From assembly GCA_009103225.1 (NCBI GenBank), contig RHPI01000008.1, positions 362,015 through 426,014 of the forward strand: DNA of 64,000 nt. Reading direction: 5' to 3'. A model generated the notes under the pieces. That model saw nothing but the letters and a program-made list of their open reading frames with translations, was not told where the DNA came from and searched no databases. Below, in pieces: positions 12,905-25,831 of this stretch. Numbering within the stretch: the stretch's first letter is position 1; every line of letters starts with the position of its first letter. Made by a program: the position numbers and the translations under genes. This DNA comes from Chlorokybus atmophyticus. Taxonomy: Eukaryota > Plantae > Mesostigma and Chlorokybus algae.

Positions 12905-15444
12905 TCAGGTGCGTATGTACATCTTCTTGACAGTCTTAAGGAAATACTCCCAGGACTCGTCGCCCAGCAGAATCATGTCATCATCTGCATCTTGGTAAAC
13001 AACATTGGTACCACCAGTTGTGGCCAACAGCGTGTCCTTCAACTTCTCTGTGGAGTTGAACCTGGACAAATCAATGGACACACCAACCGGTGTGCCTTGC
13101 ACAAAGCACTTCACGCGTGGCACTGTGGAGTCCTTCTTCCCGTCACCGGATCTCAAGCGCTGCGCCAGGTCTGCAAGAGCTGTCGCTGGGTCCTTGACCT
13201 GTGCCGCAATCTGATCGGAGGGCGTACCCAAGGCAATCCTTTTCAGGGCACCCGCACCTGAGAACGAAGCATCATTGGCAGAACGCTTGTGTCCCGAAGA
13301 GCTTGCTGGAAGGACAGCGTCCACTGCTTCTGCAGACCGCCCAACTGGACGCGCAGCCACAGGTAAAGCGGCCATTGCTTGGGAGCTGCGCTCGTTCAGG
13401 CCATCCCATTTGCTAATGTCAGGAATAGGTGACAGCAGCGATGCCGGGCTGCCGAAGCTGAACAGGTTTGGTGCATCACTGTCGGCTCCTGATTGCAGGT
13501 TAACACCGAACAGCTTGGTGTTGTTCAGCTTCTCTTCTTCTGTCAACACATTCTGATTGTTTGCAGCCTCAGCAACATGGCTGCTACCTTGCACAGATTG
13601 CCCCCGATTGTGTTTTTCAGATGCTGAAGCGCCATGCTTCTCAAGCAAGACCCTGTGCATTTTTATATCCTCCTCAGTCAACTGTAACGGGCGTTTATCA
13701 CTCAGCGCAGCACCTAGCTGCAACCATGGCTGCTGCTCTGCGGTGGTAGGAGCACTAGGTTGTCCAACAGCAAGCCCACCCAGTCCCAACACACTCATGG
13801 GGTTGAGATGCATTGCAGCATTCCACAGCTGCCGGCTCAGGGCAGGGTCTCCACTGGCGAACTGGGATGCCAAGCGCGCTGCAAGATCACCCTGAATGCT
13901 GCTCAAGAAATCGCCCATGAGATGGGCCGCTTTGCGCTTGTAGCTAATGTGCATCTTGTTGTCAGGGGTGCGCTTGAATACAATGATGTCGCCGGCAGTA
14001 AGCTGCTTCTCCTTGACAAAACGACTCCAACCTTTGGTCAGGACATAACTCTGGCTGCTGTTCCAATAAGAATAGCGGAAGTTCCAAGTCTTGTTGTTCT
14101 CGTCCAAAAACGCCAACATCTTGGCAGGGGTCTCCACGCTCAGGTCAAGGGGGAAGCACCTCTCGGCATGCAGCTTGGGAATGACAAGGCGATTGAGCTT
14201 GCCAACATCACTGGGTGTCACAGCTTTTTCAAAGAGATGCTGAGACTCTTGGTTGGCGGCCTTGTCGGCAGGATCTGCAGTAGAGGAAGGCTCAGCCAGT
14301 GAAATAGCATTGACTGCCACATTCGTAGACTCCACGCCTGGAGGCACAGCATCAGAGCCAGCAGCCGGCACACTGCGTCTCTGACCTTGGCTGTCCAACA
14401 GCTCATTATTGTAGGACTGTCGCCGCAGCATATCCACCAGCTTCTCTTTCTCTTGCTCGCGAATGAACCGATACTCCAACTCATCTTCTTCCAGATGTTT
14501 GAAATTGAGCAGCGCGCTTCGCCCGCGAAACTTGACAGCAGCGCGGTCATACGCCTGTGCAGCTTCCAACTCACTGTTGAAGGTTCCTAACCACACCCGC
14601 GAGTGGTTGTCATAAATCTGTGCACCCCACCGTCCATTGGGTTGCAACACCACTCCCCGATACGCAGAAGGCTGCGGTTCGCCTGTATCTGTATCACTTC
14701 TGCCGGGCAGCTTGGGCTGCGGAGGGCGTGTATTTAATGGAGCCCTATCTGCAGGCTCTTTGGAGGTGGCAGATGCTGTCAGCTGCTCTTTGCCGGATCG
14801 ATGAGGACTATTTGCCCTTGCTGGAAGTGGGGAATGGGTGGTATCAGAGGGTGATGGCCGTGACCAGCTGACATCAGGTTTGGCGAAGTCAACCTTTGGG
14901 GTCCCTTCTGATGTGCTGTGTGAGGATGCCTCTGTGGCCGAAGGGGAATTCGCCGTTGAAGCATCTCTGCCAGCAGTGGAAGGGGCTGCCGTTCGCTCAG
15001 ACAGGAACCGAAGGTCCTTGGGCGCTTCCATGCTACAACTGACATGCGCAAAGAAGTCGCTGGGTGTAGAAACTATGCGCTGCGCAACAAGCTCTAAAGT
15101 AGGAGTTGGCGGGGAGCGGGGAGGGCTGCAGGAGGAAGGCCTGATGTCAGCAGCTGACAACCTGCCACGTGGGTATGAAGGTGGTGAGTGACGACACAGT
15201 ACCGTCAACAGTACAAAATGAGGGCAGATGCCAATGGCTCAGTGACCAAGCACTCCACATACGAGACCAGAGAAAAAAGGCAAAACAACATCACACAGCC
15301 TGAGAAAAACAGACAGAGTGATGGTCCAACTCGTTACCTGATGTCTGCGGCTGAGGGCTTAGGACTAGACGTCAATGCTTTCAGTAGCGGATTGTTACAT
15401 GCCAAAGCGTTTGGAACGCAGTTCATGGCAATGGGAGCCACCAT
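12905..15444 (-). CDS. RAV: RAV-type transcription factor with AP2, B3, KLFGV repression motif and C-terminal Aux/IAA-ARF-type PB1 domain
   Basis: AP2 [28 protein letters not shown] (~14501-14668); B3 [41 protein letters not shown] (~13935-14240); KLFGV (~13502-13516); PB1 [29 protein letters not shown] (~12910-13115). Probable start is GCCCACCATGG at 15444, with a short first exon to donor 15337 and one large second exon. Confidence 0.95.
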
Positions 15445-16447
15445 GGTGGGCGCTGCCCTGGAACGCACCCGCAGCGTCAGTGTGTGGTGTGGAGACCCAT
15501 AAAGACACATGGACACTGACCAACCTCCTGGCCATTGTAACAATCGCAAAGACAGCTAACATACTCTGCTCAAAAACACCTGAACGGCTTATGTATTCAA
15601 CATGCCAAAGACCAACACTGACACAGGTAGAAAGCTTTAGGCTCGCACGACACATACACGCTCCTCAATCACCCTCCGCCCGGCTCTACAACAACGTTTG
15701 CCACCTGTAACGACTCACACACCACTACGAGCATGTAGTGATGTGACACCCTGCACATGTAACAGCTGTGGCTGCAGTGAACTTGGCAGTGTGTATACAG
15801 GTGTGACGCCCACAGCCGACTGTATGGCCCGCAGCATGACAACGAGACGCCTGGCGGTGGACGTGTTTGGCTGCCAGAGTGCTTCTTGAAACAGGCCGCA
15901 CGGAGTTTTGTATTGTTTTTTTTTTTGTCTTCGAGAGCAACAGCGTGAGAAAGAGGTATCTACGCGTCACATCAAGTAGGCGTGACGGCGCTTGGCGTGC
16001 GAATCATTATTCTCGGAGCGCAAAACATCGCGGTTGGGCATGCGCCTGCTAAGGTGTTCCCAACCCAGTAGGTAGGCACACCAGGTGAATAGCTGACACA
16101 GGCGGCATGTACAACCGTGCGGCCTCGGCGACCGTTATGTGACTTGACTGCCCTACGCTCTCTGCCCCTGAACGCCTCGACGCCGGCCAACCTTCCCACC
16201 AATGACGACCTGGCGGCCAGCCCTAGGGCTACCATCACAACACTGGTGGCCTGCCCGCAACCACCTATGTACAGCACTGCGAAACGCGGCAGACACTCCA
16301 AAGAAGCCATGGCTGAGCCTAACTTACCGGCAAAGATGACGCCATCGTCTAGAACACAGGACTAAGCGACAAGCTGACCAGACAAACGCCGCGACCCTGG
16401 GAAACCCCATCCACCTCCCCCCTCCCGGCCCTCCCCCCCCACCCCCN

Positions 16448-16503
16448 AGAACCCTGTTTGTTGATTACATTTATGTAAATGATTAGGCTGTGCCTGTATA
16501 AGC
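16448..16503. repeat. 56-bp exact duplicate of 22931-22986 (ADF 3' UTR), abutting an N
   Basis: AGAACCCTGTTTGTTGATTACATTTATGTAAATGATTAGGCTGTGCCTGTATAAGC occurs at both positions. Confidence 0.9.
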
Positions 16504-19500
16504 CCACCCGGACTCATTGCCTCAGGAGCCTGCGGCTCTTACCTGCAGCCTCCAGCCGCATCACTGTGCCCCCATGCGCCACCCACGCGGCTGCCCTTTG
16601 CCAGCGTCGCCACACCGGGGGGAGGCGCAACCACCACCGCCGCCCCCGCCGCCGCCACCACCACCGCCGCTATCCCGGGAGACGTACCACGCTGACCGCT
16701 CGCCGCTCTCAAGCACTCTCGTCTCCCCTCGCGCCCAAACAAGCTGCTACTCAGCTGCTGAACTGCAAAAGCTTAGCAGTGTAGGTCTTTAATCTAGGGC
16801 GGCCGAGCCTGCAACTTCGCAACATGCGTAAATCTGAACATGTGAAGTCCGTCATACGGTATCATGGTATGACTCATACCGTCAATGTCCGTCATACCTG
16901 ACCGTCAGCTTTAATGAAACGCGGCAGCGCGCCCTGGGCATTTCTAAAACCCCATAAGGTGTCGCATTCATGGCGCATGGCGTATGCTACGTGTTATGTG
17001 GGGTTATCTGGGGTCGTGTGACCCAGCTTAGCCTCACGCGCAGGTAGGGGGTTGCGCCTTTCAGGGGCCCGCCGGCCTCTATTCCACATGCTGACTGCTC
17101 ACAGCATGAAATATTGTTTGCTATTTGTTTCTGTGGGGCCTAGGGGTAGCCGGCTGCCTCGAGTTAACGATCGTCGTAAAAATCATTCTAACGATCGATA
17201 CACAGCCTGTAGGTAGACCTAACCGGCGCGCAGCTCCAGTCCTGCGCTGCGCAGGGGCTGCCGTGTGCGCCCGCAGAGCGGAGCAGGCGTGCTCTGGTGT
17301 AACAACGTTCTCCGTCAGGTAGGCCAACATATGGCGGCGGGTCAACAAAGTTGTACCACCATTTCTTGCCGGTTGGCGTGGCCATTCCGTACAACCATAC
17401 GACGACTGGTGGCAGGCTACTAGCCCTCTAGACGGCCTAGCTTTGGTACTGGTTAAACTGACAACTACCTAAAATAGCTGCTTGGCAGATAACCGCGATC
17501 GGTAAGCCATTTGCTTTGATTAAGCAGGCCTATAACGCCTTGAACACATGGAAGCTTTATGTTGAAGTTATGGATGTTCATGTGAATCAACTACCGGTAC
17601 ATTTGAAAGCGTCATTCATACAATAAGATGTTCTTAATTGTCGAGTATTTTTACTTAGCTCAGCAAACGTAGTGTAATGGTAGAAAAAGTTTATATAATT
17701 ATATATATATATATATACATGTGCAATTGGGTTTACATTTGCATTATGAATGCATGCTGCAGTTGTTATGCTTGTATCGTAATTGTATAAGCCACGCATA
17801 TACGATGGACATTATATTGAACCGAACATAATATAATATACTAAGTGTTCACTAGTACAGCTGTTATGTAAATGTGTGCACTTGATATGGCAAGGTGATT
17901 GAGATTTTGATGTTTAGAAAGCATGTCAGTATATACATGCTATATGTCAGTATATACATGTTATAAATGTACTCAAAACAGAGAGGGAAACTATAAACGC
18001 GCATTGAAGTTACAATGTATGCAATCCCTTGCAGCAGCAAGCTAATCACTTCCAATTAAGAGTTCGCAGCGTGGACAACCGCACACTAGATCATGATAGG
18101 CTAACATACATACACTAATAACTCATGACTGGTCGTTTTTGACCACCAGCAATGGCGCCATTAGCGCTTGAAGCAACCAATGATGTTCAGCCAAAGTGTC
18201 TCTTTTGCAGAGCCATGCTTATTGGTAGGTAACTTAGATGCTGTTCGGTTAGACATTCCTCCCTCCCGCAACACACCGCCGCCACGTGCCAGCTTGCCTC
18301 GGAACCGAACCGGCTTCATGACGTTATGCCTTCCCCGTAGCCTGTACAGCCTGCTGATTAGATCAGCCGACCTTTTGAGTCAGAAGGTCTGACCGATAAA
18401 CAGAAGCGTGCGGCGCCTGCCAACGCGCGCGAGGGCCACGTGACAGCAACATGAATCAAGTGATGTCGGAGGATGCCTGCTTCGCGTTGAGCAATTTGGT
18501 GACGCCGTTGGGTGCATCGCACAGGTATGGCCGGCAGTGCCTTCTTAAAGTAGCCTAGATTCCATTGTAACGCTACGCTTCCGACCTTGACACCACCGGC
18601 GATGCTTGAAGCACACGCAGCGTTGACGGCCTGCGCATCCCACCACACTGCAGCTGACTGGTAATTACCTGATTACCGTACATGCTTCATACAGAACTGT
18701 ATAGAACTGCTTAGTTATACATCATGACATGTATCGAACAAATTGCACAGTCAGAGGCCTTCGCTCTGCAGTGTCTAGTGCTGGGGCCAGTGGTGGCCCA
18801 TCATTATCAATGACGATCACCCGGGCAAATCACTAAGGTGATTCAGCCACCACATCACACCGCAACCGTCTGGTATTACATGATATCAAATACACATAAT
18901 GTAACAAACCGTTATCGCTTGACACGTCCGTGCTCATGGTACGGCAGTTGGTATTACCAAACGTGCATTTAAAGCCGTCCACAAGTGTGGCGGATGTAAC
19001 GCAATCAATCTCCCAGCGTGGGAGTCCCCCACCACTGCACGGACTCAAGATGGCTCCGGCTGTATTTTGGATATTGCGGCTATACTGTTGTCAGCAACTA
19101 GTACCACACGAACTTCTGTTGCTGCACACCTAGCATGCTAGCATCATCAGGTGGTACCGCATTCGTCTGCGGCCCGATGTGCACCAAAATAACTTGTGGC
19201 TTTTGCTGGGAATTGTTTTCACTCCCTTCACAACTGTTCATTGATCTCTGATTTCTTTATACCCAACATGAATTGCATGCGATGTATCTACAACCAGTGG
19301 TGCGGCTGTTTCGTGACGGCCGGCCGTCACGCAAGCAAGGCCACCTACACAGCACAGCACGCGCGCAACGGCATCAGTGGGCCATCACACCTGGCACCCG
19401 CGACTGCCGGGCGGCTGCGCGGCAGTGTGCAGGCTGCTGCCTCTCATTGGCTGGGCGGCGAGTACCAGCGTCTACCCGTTGGATCTGCCAAATACAAGAT

Positions 19501-21522
19501 CGTGGCCATCCCCAAAGCCCATTGCAGCATCACGCATTAGCTCAAACATATGCCTATATATGGCAAAAATGAGCACAACAGGCACAACGTGTGCAATGGC
19601 CACATGTGACGGCATATTGTTCAGTTGGACTATATAAGTTATTGATATGATGAAGTATTGCAGTAGATTGAATCGTGTAATTATACACGTTTGACCGTAT
19701 CTGAATATGTCCAATGAACAGTTGAATCCAATCGTCAACCATTGCATGAAACACATTTCGCGTATTCAATCCGCATACTATGAATCATCGCCGTCCCACC
19801 CCTATCACAATAGCCTGTATTTATAACTTCTTCCCATCTTACCGCCCAAGACGTTGATAGAGATCATGTTCATAAGCACAACAATAGAAGGAAACGATTT
19901 TGAGTTTGGGTTTTTATGTAAAATTTGTGAATTGCTTTGCGATCGGTCTATTCGGTACCATACATAAAAAGTGGCACAAACATTACGCCACAATTTGTTT
20001 ACTTAAATAATACATGAACCATGCTAAGTGTGTCGCGCATTTTTGCAGCCAGCGACGTAGTTACGCGTCAAAACGCGTTCCATAAAACGCGTATTTATAG
20101 GTACGAGGTTTGACGGCACCCCATACCCTCAAAGAAACTTTTAACCCAGCTTGCTAACGGCAATCTATATACGTCCGGTTTACCGCGATCTTAAGCGGTT
20201 TTATTTGAACGGCAATCAATGTATCAGCGAAATTATTGTTTAACATATAAATTTAACAAGGCAGTGAAAATTACAAAGAGCGCGATTGGATAAGAAGGTG
20301 TGAAAAGCAAAGAAAAAAACAGACAATGACTATTAGATTGTTGCCTCAAACATTTTATTCTGTTTATGTCATGTTGAAAAAGTTGGTACCGTAGAGACAT
20401 GTTCATAACACCCATAAACAAAAAAATCTAAAAAAACAATTTGTTACTTTTAGCTGTAATCTTACGATACGATATTATAGACTTTGTCAACATACATCAT
20501 GCAAAATCATTTTGCAAAAGTGAGCCTGATTTGTAGAGACACGTACATTTCAACTTTAACATTAGTAGTGGTTTCGGTTGTAATTTTAAAATGGTATTAC
20601 AGGCTTTGTTGGTATATATCAACGCAATTTTTCAACTTTCACAATTGTCTTAACGAACCGCTAAGACCAAAAAATGCTGATATCCAAAAATAAAATGATT
20701 TGTACAGTGAATGTGGATTGTAATGTATGCGTCTTTACCATAATATTCTACATTACATGTGTTTAATGCGTTTTGCTACACGATTTTATGTGCTATCGCT
20801 ACGATGTCGCTATCCATAGATAAGTATTGCGTTCATGTCGTGTGCATATACAATTGATGTTTATGTGAAGTTTACGTGTAAATAGTATGCATGACCGTAC
20901 ACATGCAGTACAATGTAACTGTAGCACTGCGTTACTGCAGCTCTCCCGTGCGAAACTGACATTTTCGTCATGGTCCTACAACGTTAAGAAGAAAACGGCA
21001 ACACTCTCGCATAATCCCGCACGTGGTGTGCAAAGAGTTGACACTGTTGTCACCCATGTCTTTATGTGCTATGCAAGCTTTTACATGTGTAAAAGCTTGT
21101 TAATTCGATGTATTGCACTCGTAAACAGCAGTTCGGAAGGGGCCCGATATTAGCCTATACCCATTGCACATTTGTTATAAGATTTACAAGCTGTAAGCTC
21201 AAACTCAATTATTAGCGAGCAAGCCAACTGCTCAGCGCTACTTTTTAAGGCAAGCCCTTAACTTGCAAGCGCCTTACTATCAGAAATCCGAGCCACCTAC
21301 TGCTATCGGGAAAGACTGCTCAATATTGAGCTATGAATTGACGTTGAACAGCATAATTCTTAAGATGTCTTGATATCACGTTAAGATCAATGGTGTTTTC
21401 TGCTTTATTTAACATATTATAGTATATATATGGCTATGCGTTGGCCGTAATGTTACCATAACCATTACACTTGCTAAAACTTACTAATCTAGCATGACAT
21501 CAATTACAATTCGTATATGTAA

Positions 21523-21590
21523 GGCTTAATGTTAAATAAGGCTTAACGTTAAGTAGGGCTTAACGTTAAGTAGGGCTTAACGTGAAGTAT
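21523..21590. repeat. Tandem array of four 17-bp units (GGCTTAACGTTAAGTAG consensus)
   Basis: Units start at 21523, 21540, 21557 and 21574; the two central units are identical and contain the palindrome CTTAACGTTAAG. Confidence 0.9.
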
Positions 21591-22655
21591 TCGCGACAAG
21601 TTCACATGCATTTGCAAATCATATACTTGCAACCATAAAGTTGAAACATCAATCGTACTTAAGCTAAAAATGTATAATTTATTCATAGCCACCGAAAGCT
21701 TTTATGTGAGAATTTGCCGTGTACGTCATTGTGTGGCATCAAGCTACATGGTGTCATAGAGTGGCATGACACGGAACGCAGTGTCCATGATGAGGTTGCA
21801 ACTAGTAGCATAACAACCCATATGGCTTCTTACAATAGCAATCATGCAATATTAAACAGTTTAATCATTGCACATTGCAACACAATTCTCACGTTCATTA
21901 CATTATATAAATGTATGTGTATGCATGAATACAATCCACATTGTTGACGTCATGATTACAACAGCATCTTCGAGCCTTTTTAAATTATGTTGTTTTGCAA
22001 TTTATAACTTGGAGTAAACATACAGTGTGGGTTTTAATACTGCCCAACAGTTCAGCCTTGATTGATGCCTTGATGTCAATCAATGGTGATGAATAAGTAC
22101 ATTAAGTACAACCGCTTTGATTGGGATCAACATCATACATGGACATGGCCACATAGGGTGGGCACCGAGGTGCGGGTTACTTCAATCTCATTTATCAAAT
22201 CTGTTAAGTTAGCCCGCTCGTCTACTCTCAAGGAAAGTCCCACCCTTGCTAAAGTCCGGATGCACTTCGCTTCATCAGGTACAAGGCACAACAACAACTC
22301 ATATATTAAGGAAAGCACGTACAAGGGCCATTGTGCTCGGTTTCATGCGCATGTTGTTGTTGTCGTGTAAGTAATGTGGTCAATGTGCCTTGCACTCCTG
22401 TTTGTTGATGTGCTTGCTGTTGCTGGCAACAATAGCAACTAGCTGCACACTGAGACAGATTGTACATGTGCGATAACCAATAACATGTACACTGCCACCA
22501 AGGGGTTGGGTTCATGACATGCACACGGTTATTGAATTGCTTGAAGTTGACGATAAAGTAAAGGGCACAGATTGGGGGTGTTTGTTACGCAATCAAGTGG
22601 GCAACGGTGCGAGCACGCGCGCGAAGGGGAGAGAGGGCGGAAGGCCGCGGGGCAA

Positions 22656-22700
22656 GGGGGGGGGGGGGGGGTNGGGGGGGGGGGGGGGGGGGGGGGGGGG
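22656..22700. repeat. Poly-G tract spanning a single-N gap
   Basis: G homopolymer interrupted by TN at 22672-22673. Confidence 0.85.
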
Positions 22701-23002
22701 CTTCACTAATTACCTGCTTGGAGTTCTTGTACTTGTGCCTTGCTCATTTGTCTGCGCAAACATGGACTCCTGCCCGTGCATAAGTCTGCAGTGACATACA
22801 AATGGCTCCTTTCAATGCTTACCACGTGCTTGCAGCCTGCAATTGGTGCATGCGTCTGCTCGCTATGACTTGTCATTGCATGCAAGTCTGCCATGACAAC
22901 TGAAAAGAGCTGAGCTCACCAACGCATGCAAGAACCCTGTTTGTTGATTACATTTATGTAAATGATTAGGCTGTGCCTGTATAAGCTGGTGTCTTGAACA
23001 GA

Positions 23003-24886
23003 CTACTTGCGCGTAGTGTTGTCTCGCACCCGTTGCCGCAAGTATTCCTGGTCCAGGTCATTCAAGTCTGAGGCCTGTAATTCAACAGCCAAGCCGTCCA
23101 GTGTGCCCTTGAAAAACTCCTGTGCGAGGCCATGTGACGGATGGAAGTGTGGCTACGATGTATGCAATGTAACCAAACAACAAACGTGCTGTACCTTGGT
23201 GCTCGCGTACAGCATCTTGGACTTGATGGAGGCATTATCTGGCGACCTGCATAATGGTGCCCATCAACGATGTACACGCACAAGCTGGGCAAAAAAAGGC
23301 ACTAGTTTGCGTGTGTACACACGCATGCACATTGGATTAGGTATGTATTGCACAAGCCTGCAATGAAGGCAGTAAGGCCCCACCCAAAGATGACTCACGT
23401 ACCACAGAACAAAGAGTATCTTGTTCATCTGACACCTGTCTTCATTAACGTACTTGAAATCGTACACTGCAAACAGCTTGAAGACGTAAGTGCGCATCCA
23501 AATGCTAGCATCGGGACAAATCAAGTGTGGTGGCTGCTTAAGCATATACACCTCACACACACATCAAGGTACCTGCAAATCTGCAGTCGGATTCTGGTAG
23601 ACAACCCAAGAATGCTTCATATGGAGAAGAGGGGTCTCCTGTACAATCCAAAACCACCTGCATGCATGACATGCTCAACCCTCAGCTCAAGTCCCGCAGT
23701 TTAATGTACGACAGCACGCGCACCTCTCCAAGGTCCTCCTCAACTCGAAATGTTATGTAGCGGTGTGCGTTCCTGCGTTTCAGCTCCTGGTACACTCGCT
23801 CACATTCCGCCTGAACACCGACGCCGCTGACTGACTTTTGCTGCAACAGTGTTTGAAAGCGATCGTCAAAAAACAAGCCAACATACGGCAACGCGCAGCC
23901 GTGTTGGCATCTGCCACGAGACATTTTGTATGTGCTCAAGAGACATGCTCCCCAACGCACCCCAGTAGATGTGGGCTTTGGCCTGGACATGGTACGCCTC
24001 AAGCCTTCTCCATTCTCTGGAACCTGCTCGGCGACATGCATCTATAAGTCAGGCATGCCAACACAACCAGCACTGCATAAAGAAAGATTGTGGATGCGCA
24101 CGCACGCACGCATGCATGCGCTGTGCTTGCCTATGCATGCAAGCAGAGCAGAAAAACAACAACACAAATGCAGCAATAAGTCGTTCGAAATCTTGCAACA
24201 GCGTGCAACATGCACTGCTGAACACCAGCATCACATGCACACCAGTGGAGGTGAGGCAGTGCGCGGCGGCGGGGTCGCGGTACGTGGTGGCGGGGCTGAA
24301 GCGACTGGAGCAGATGCGCCTCTCGTGGCTGAGGCCAAGGGTGCCGTGGGAGGCAGAGTACTTGTTGGCGGTTGCGTGCTCTCTTCCAAAGATGCCGGAG
24401 CAGAACCTGAAGCCTGCATGTCTTGCGCCTCCGCACCCTTCAATGTGGCGTTCTCAACATCTTGCAAAGCACTGTTTGCATTGGCGGAAGGCTCGGGTGC
24501 TGATGGTGGTGTGGGTTGAGGACTGGGTATCCTTGCAGACGCTTGCATTGTTTGCTTCAGGACTTTGGTGACAGGAATCGCATGTTGAGGTTGAGAGGAG
24601 GGAGCTGCTCCTGGCTGCAATGGGGACTGGAGCAAAGAACTCAAGTACGTTTCTTTCAGCGCTGCCCAATCCTGCATGACACAACAAGTCCACTTAGTCA
24701 CCACATCAAACCGAGCCATGAGCGCGCGCACACGCATACTTGTTGGGAGAGAATGTTCGCATCCAGCGCGGCCCTCAGCTCGCTGGCGCGTATGTACGAT
24801 GCTTTTACACGCTCGTAATCTGCTGGGGTAATGATGCCATCCAACATTGCCGCACGCATCTCGCGCAAACCTTCCAATGAGGTCAT
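23003..24886 (-). CDS. ADF: Actin-depolymerizing factor/cofilin domain protein with long N-terminal extension (two SHOCT-like motifs plus P/S/T/A linker)
   Basis: ADF domain across exons: SGVGVQAECERVYQELKRRNAHRYITFRVEE | VVLDCTGDPSSPYEAFLGCLPESDCRFA | VYDFKYVNEDRCQMNKILFVLW | SPDNASIKSKMLYASTK | EFFKGTLDGLAVELQASD. Upstream exons (24886-24740, 24671-24243, from 24041) join in frame through GT-AG junctions. Confidence 0.88.
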
Positions 24887-25831
24887 TGCTAGGTTGGTGC
24901 GAGGCCTTTTCTTGCCTGAGTCAGTCAAGTAAAGCGGACCAAGCAGTTTTACAATCGCTGCACTTGTACTTGGCTACGGTTAACTAGTCGCATCGCTTTC
25001 CATGTCAAACAACCGGCTGAAGAAGGGCTGATATGTCAATAGCCTGGAAGCCTCTTGTGCCTGCGCAAATCTGGTTAGCTATGTGACTGCTAGCAACACT
25101 TACATTGTCATACAATGTGTACAACAAACAGCCTTGCAATGCTCTCCGTACAGTTAACAGCCCCTGCAGATGGCGTATTCACAGTATCGATCAACACTTG
25201 CATGCCCCAAAGTGACACGCACAGCATGCTACACCAGGCGGCATCCTGTGCAGAGATGTAACTGTGGCGCATGTGACTGTATCAGACGTAAAGGTTGTAT
25301 ACCCCCACTCGGCACGATAGTATAACTTGTAGCTGTTGCAGCACAACACAATGTCGAGGACCTACTGAACGCTCAGCAGTCAAACATGACAGGATGTACA
25401 CAAAGAAAACGGAAGAACAAACAACGCCAAAGCACACAGCAGGTACCGCTGCTTGGGCAAAAATGCAACAGGAGAGACACTTGACAATGGCAGTGTCAGC
25501 TACTGATCGTCCAGCTGAACTTGTTCAGATGCCCGAGGCAAGGCCGCTCACAGCAACAACTCTCCAACCACCGCCACCGCCGCCGCCTATGCCTTTACAA
25601 CAACCAACACAGTCACGAGTGCATGAAACGAAAGTTGAAAAATGCGCACCTTTTCAAGTCTCAAGCACAAGTTCCCGATCGGAAAATCTGGGTTCGTGAT
25701 GGTCCCGGTAGAACCGGTTTGCAATTAGGTTTTTTCGCGGGCAGAGCAGTGCGCAATTAGCGGCGGCGGCGGCAGGCGTGGCGGCGGCGGTGGCAGGGGT
25801 GGTGGCGGCTTGGGGGTCGCTTGTGGATAGG

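Noticed and set aside
21523-21590. CRISPR-like array
   Set aside because: The units are contiguous with no unique spacers, no cas genes are present, and the context is eukaryotic.
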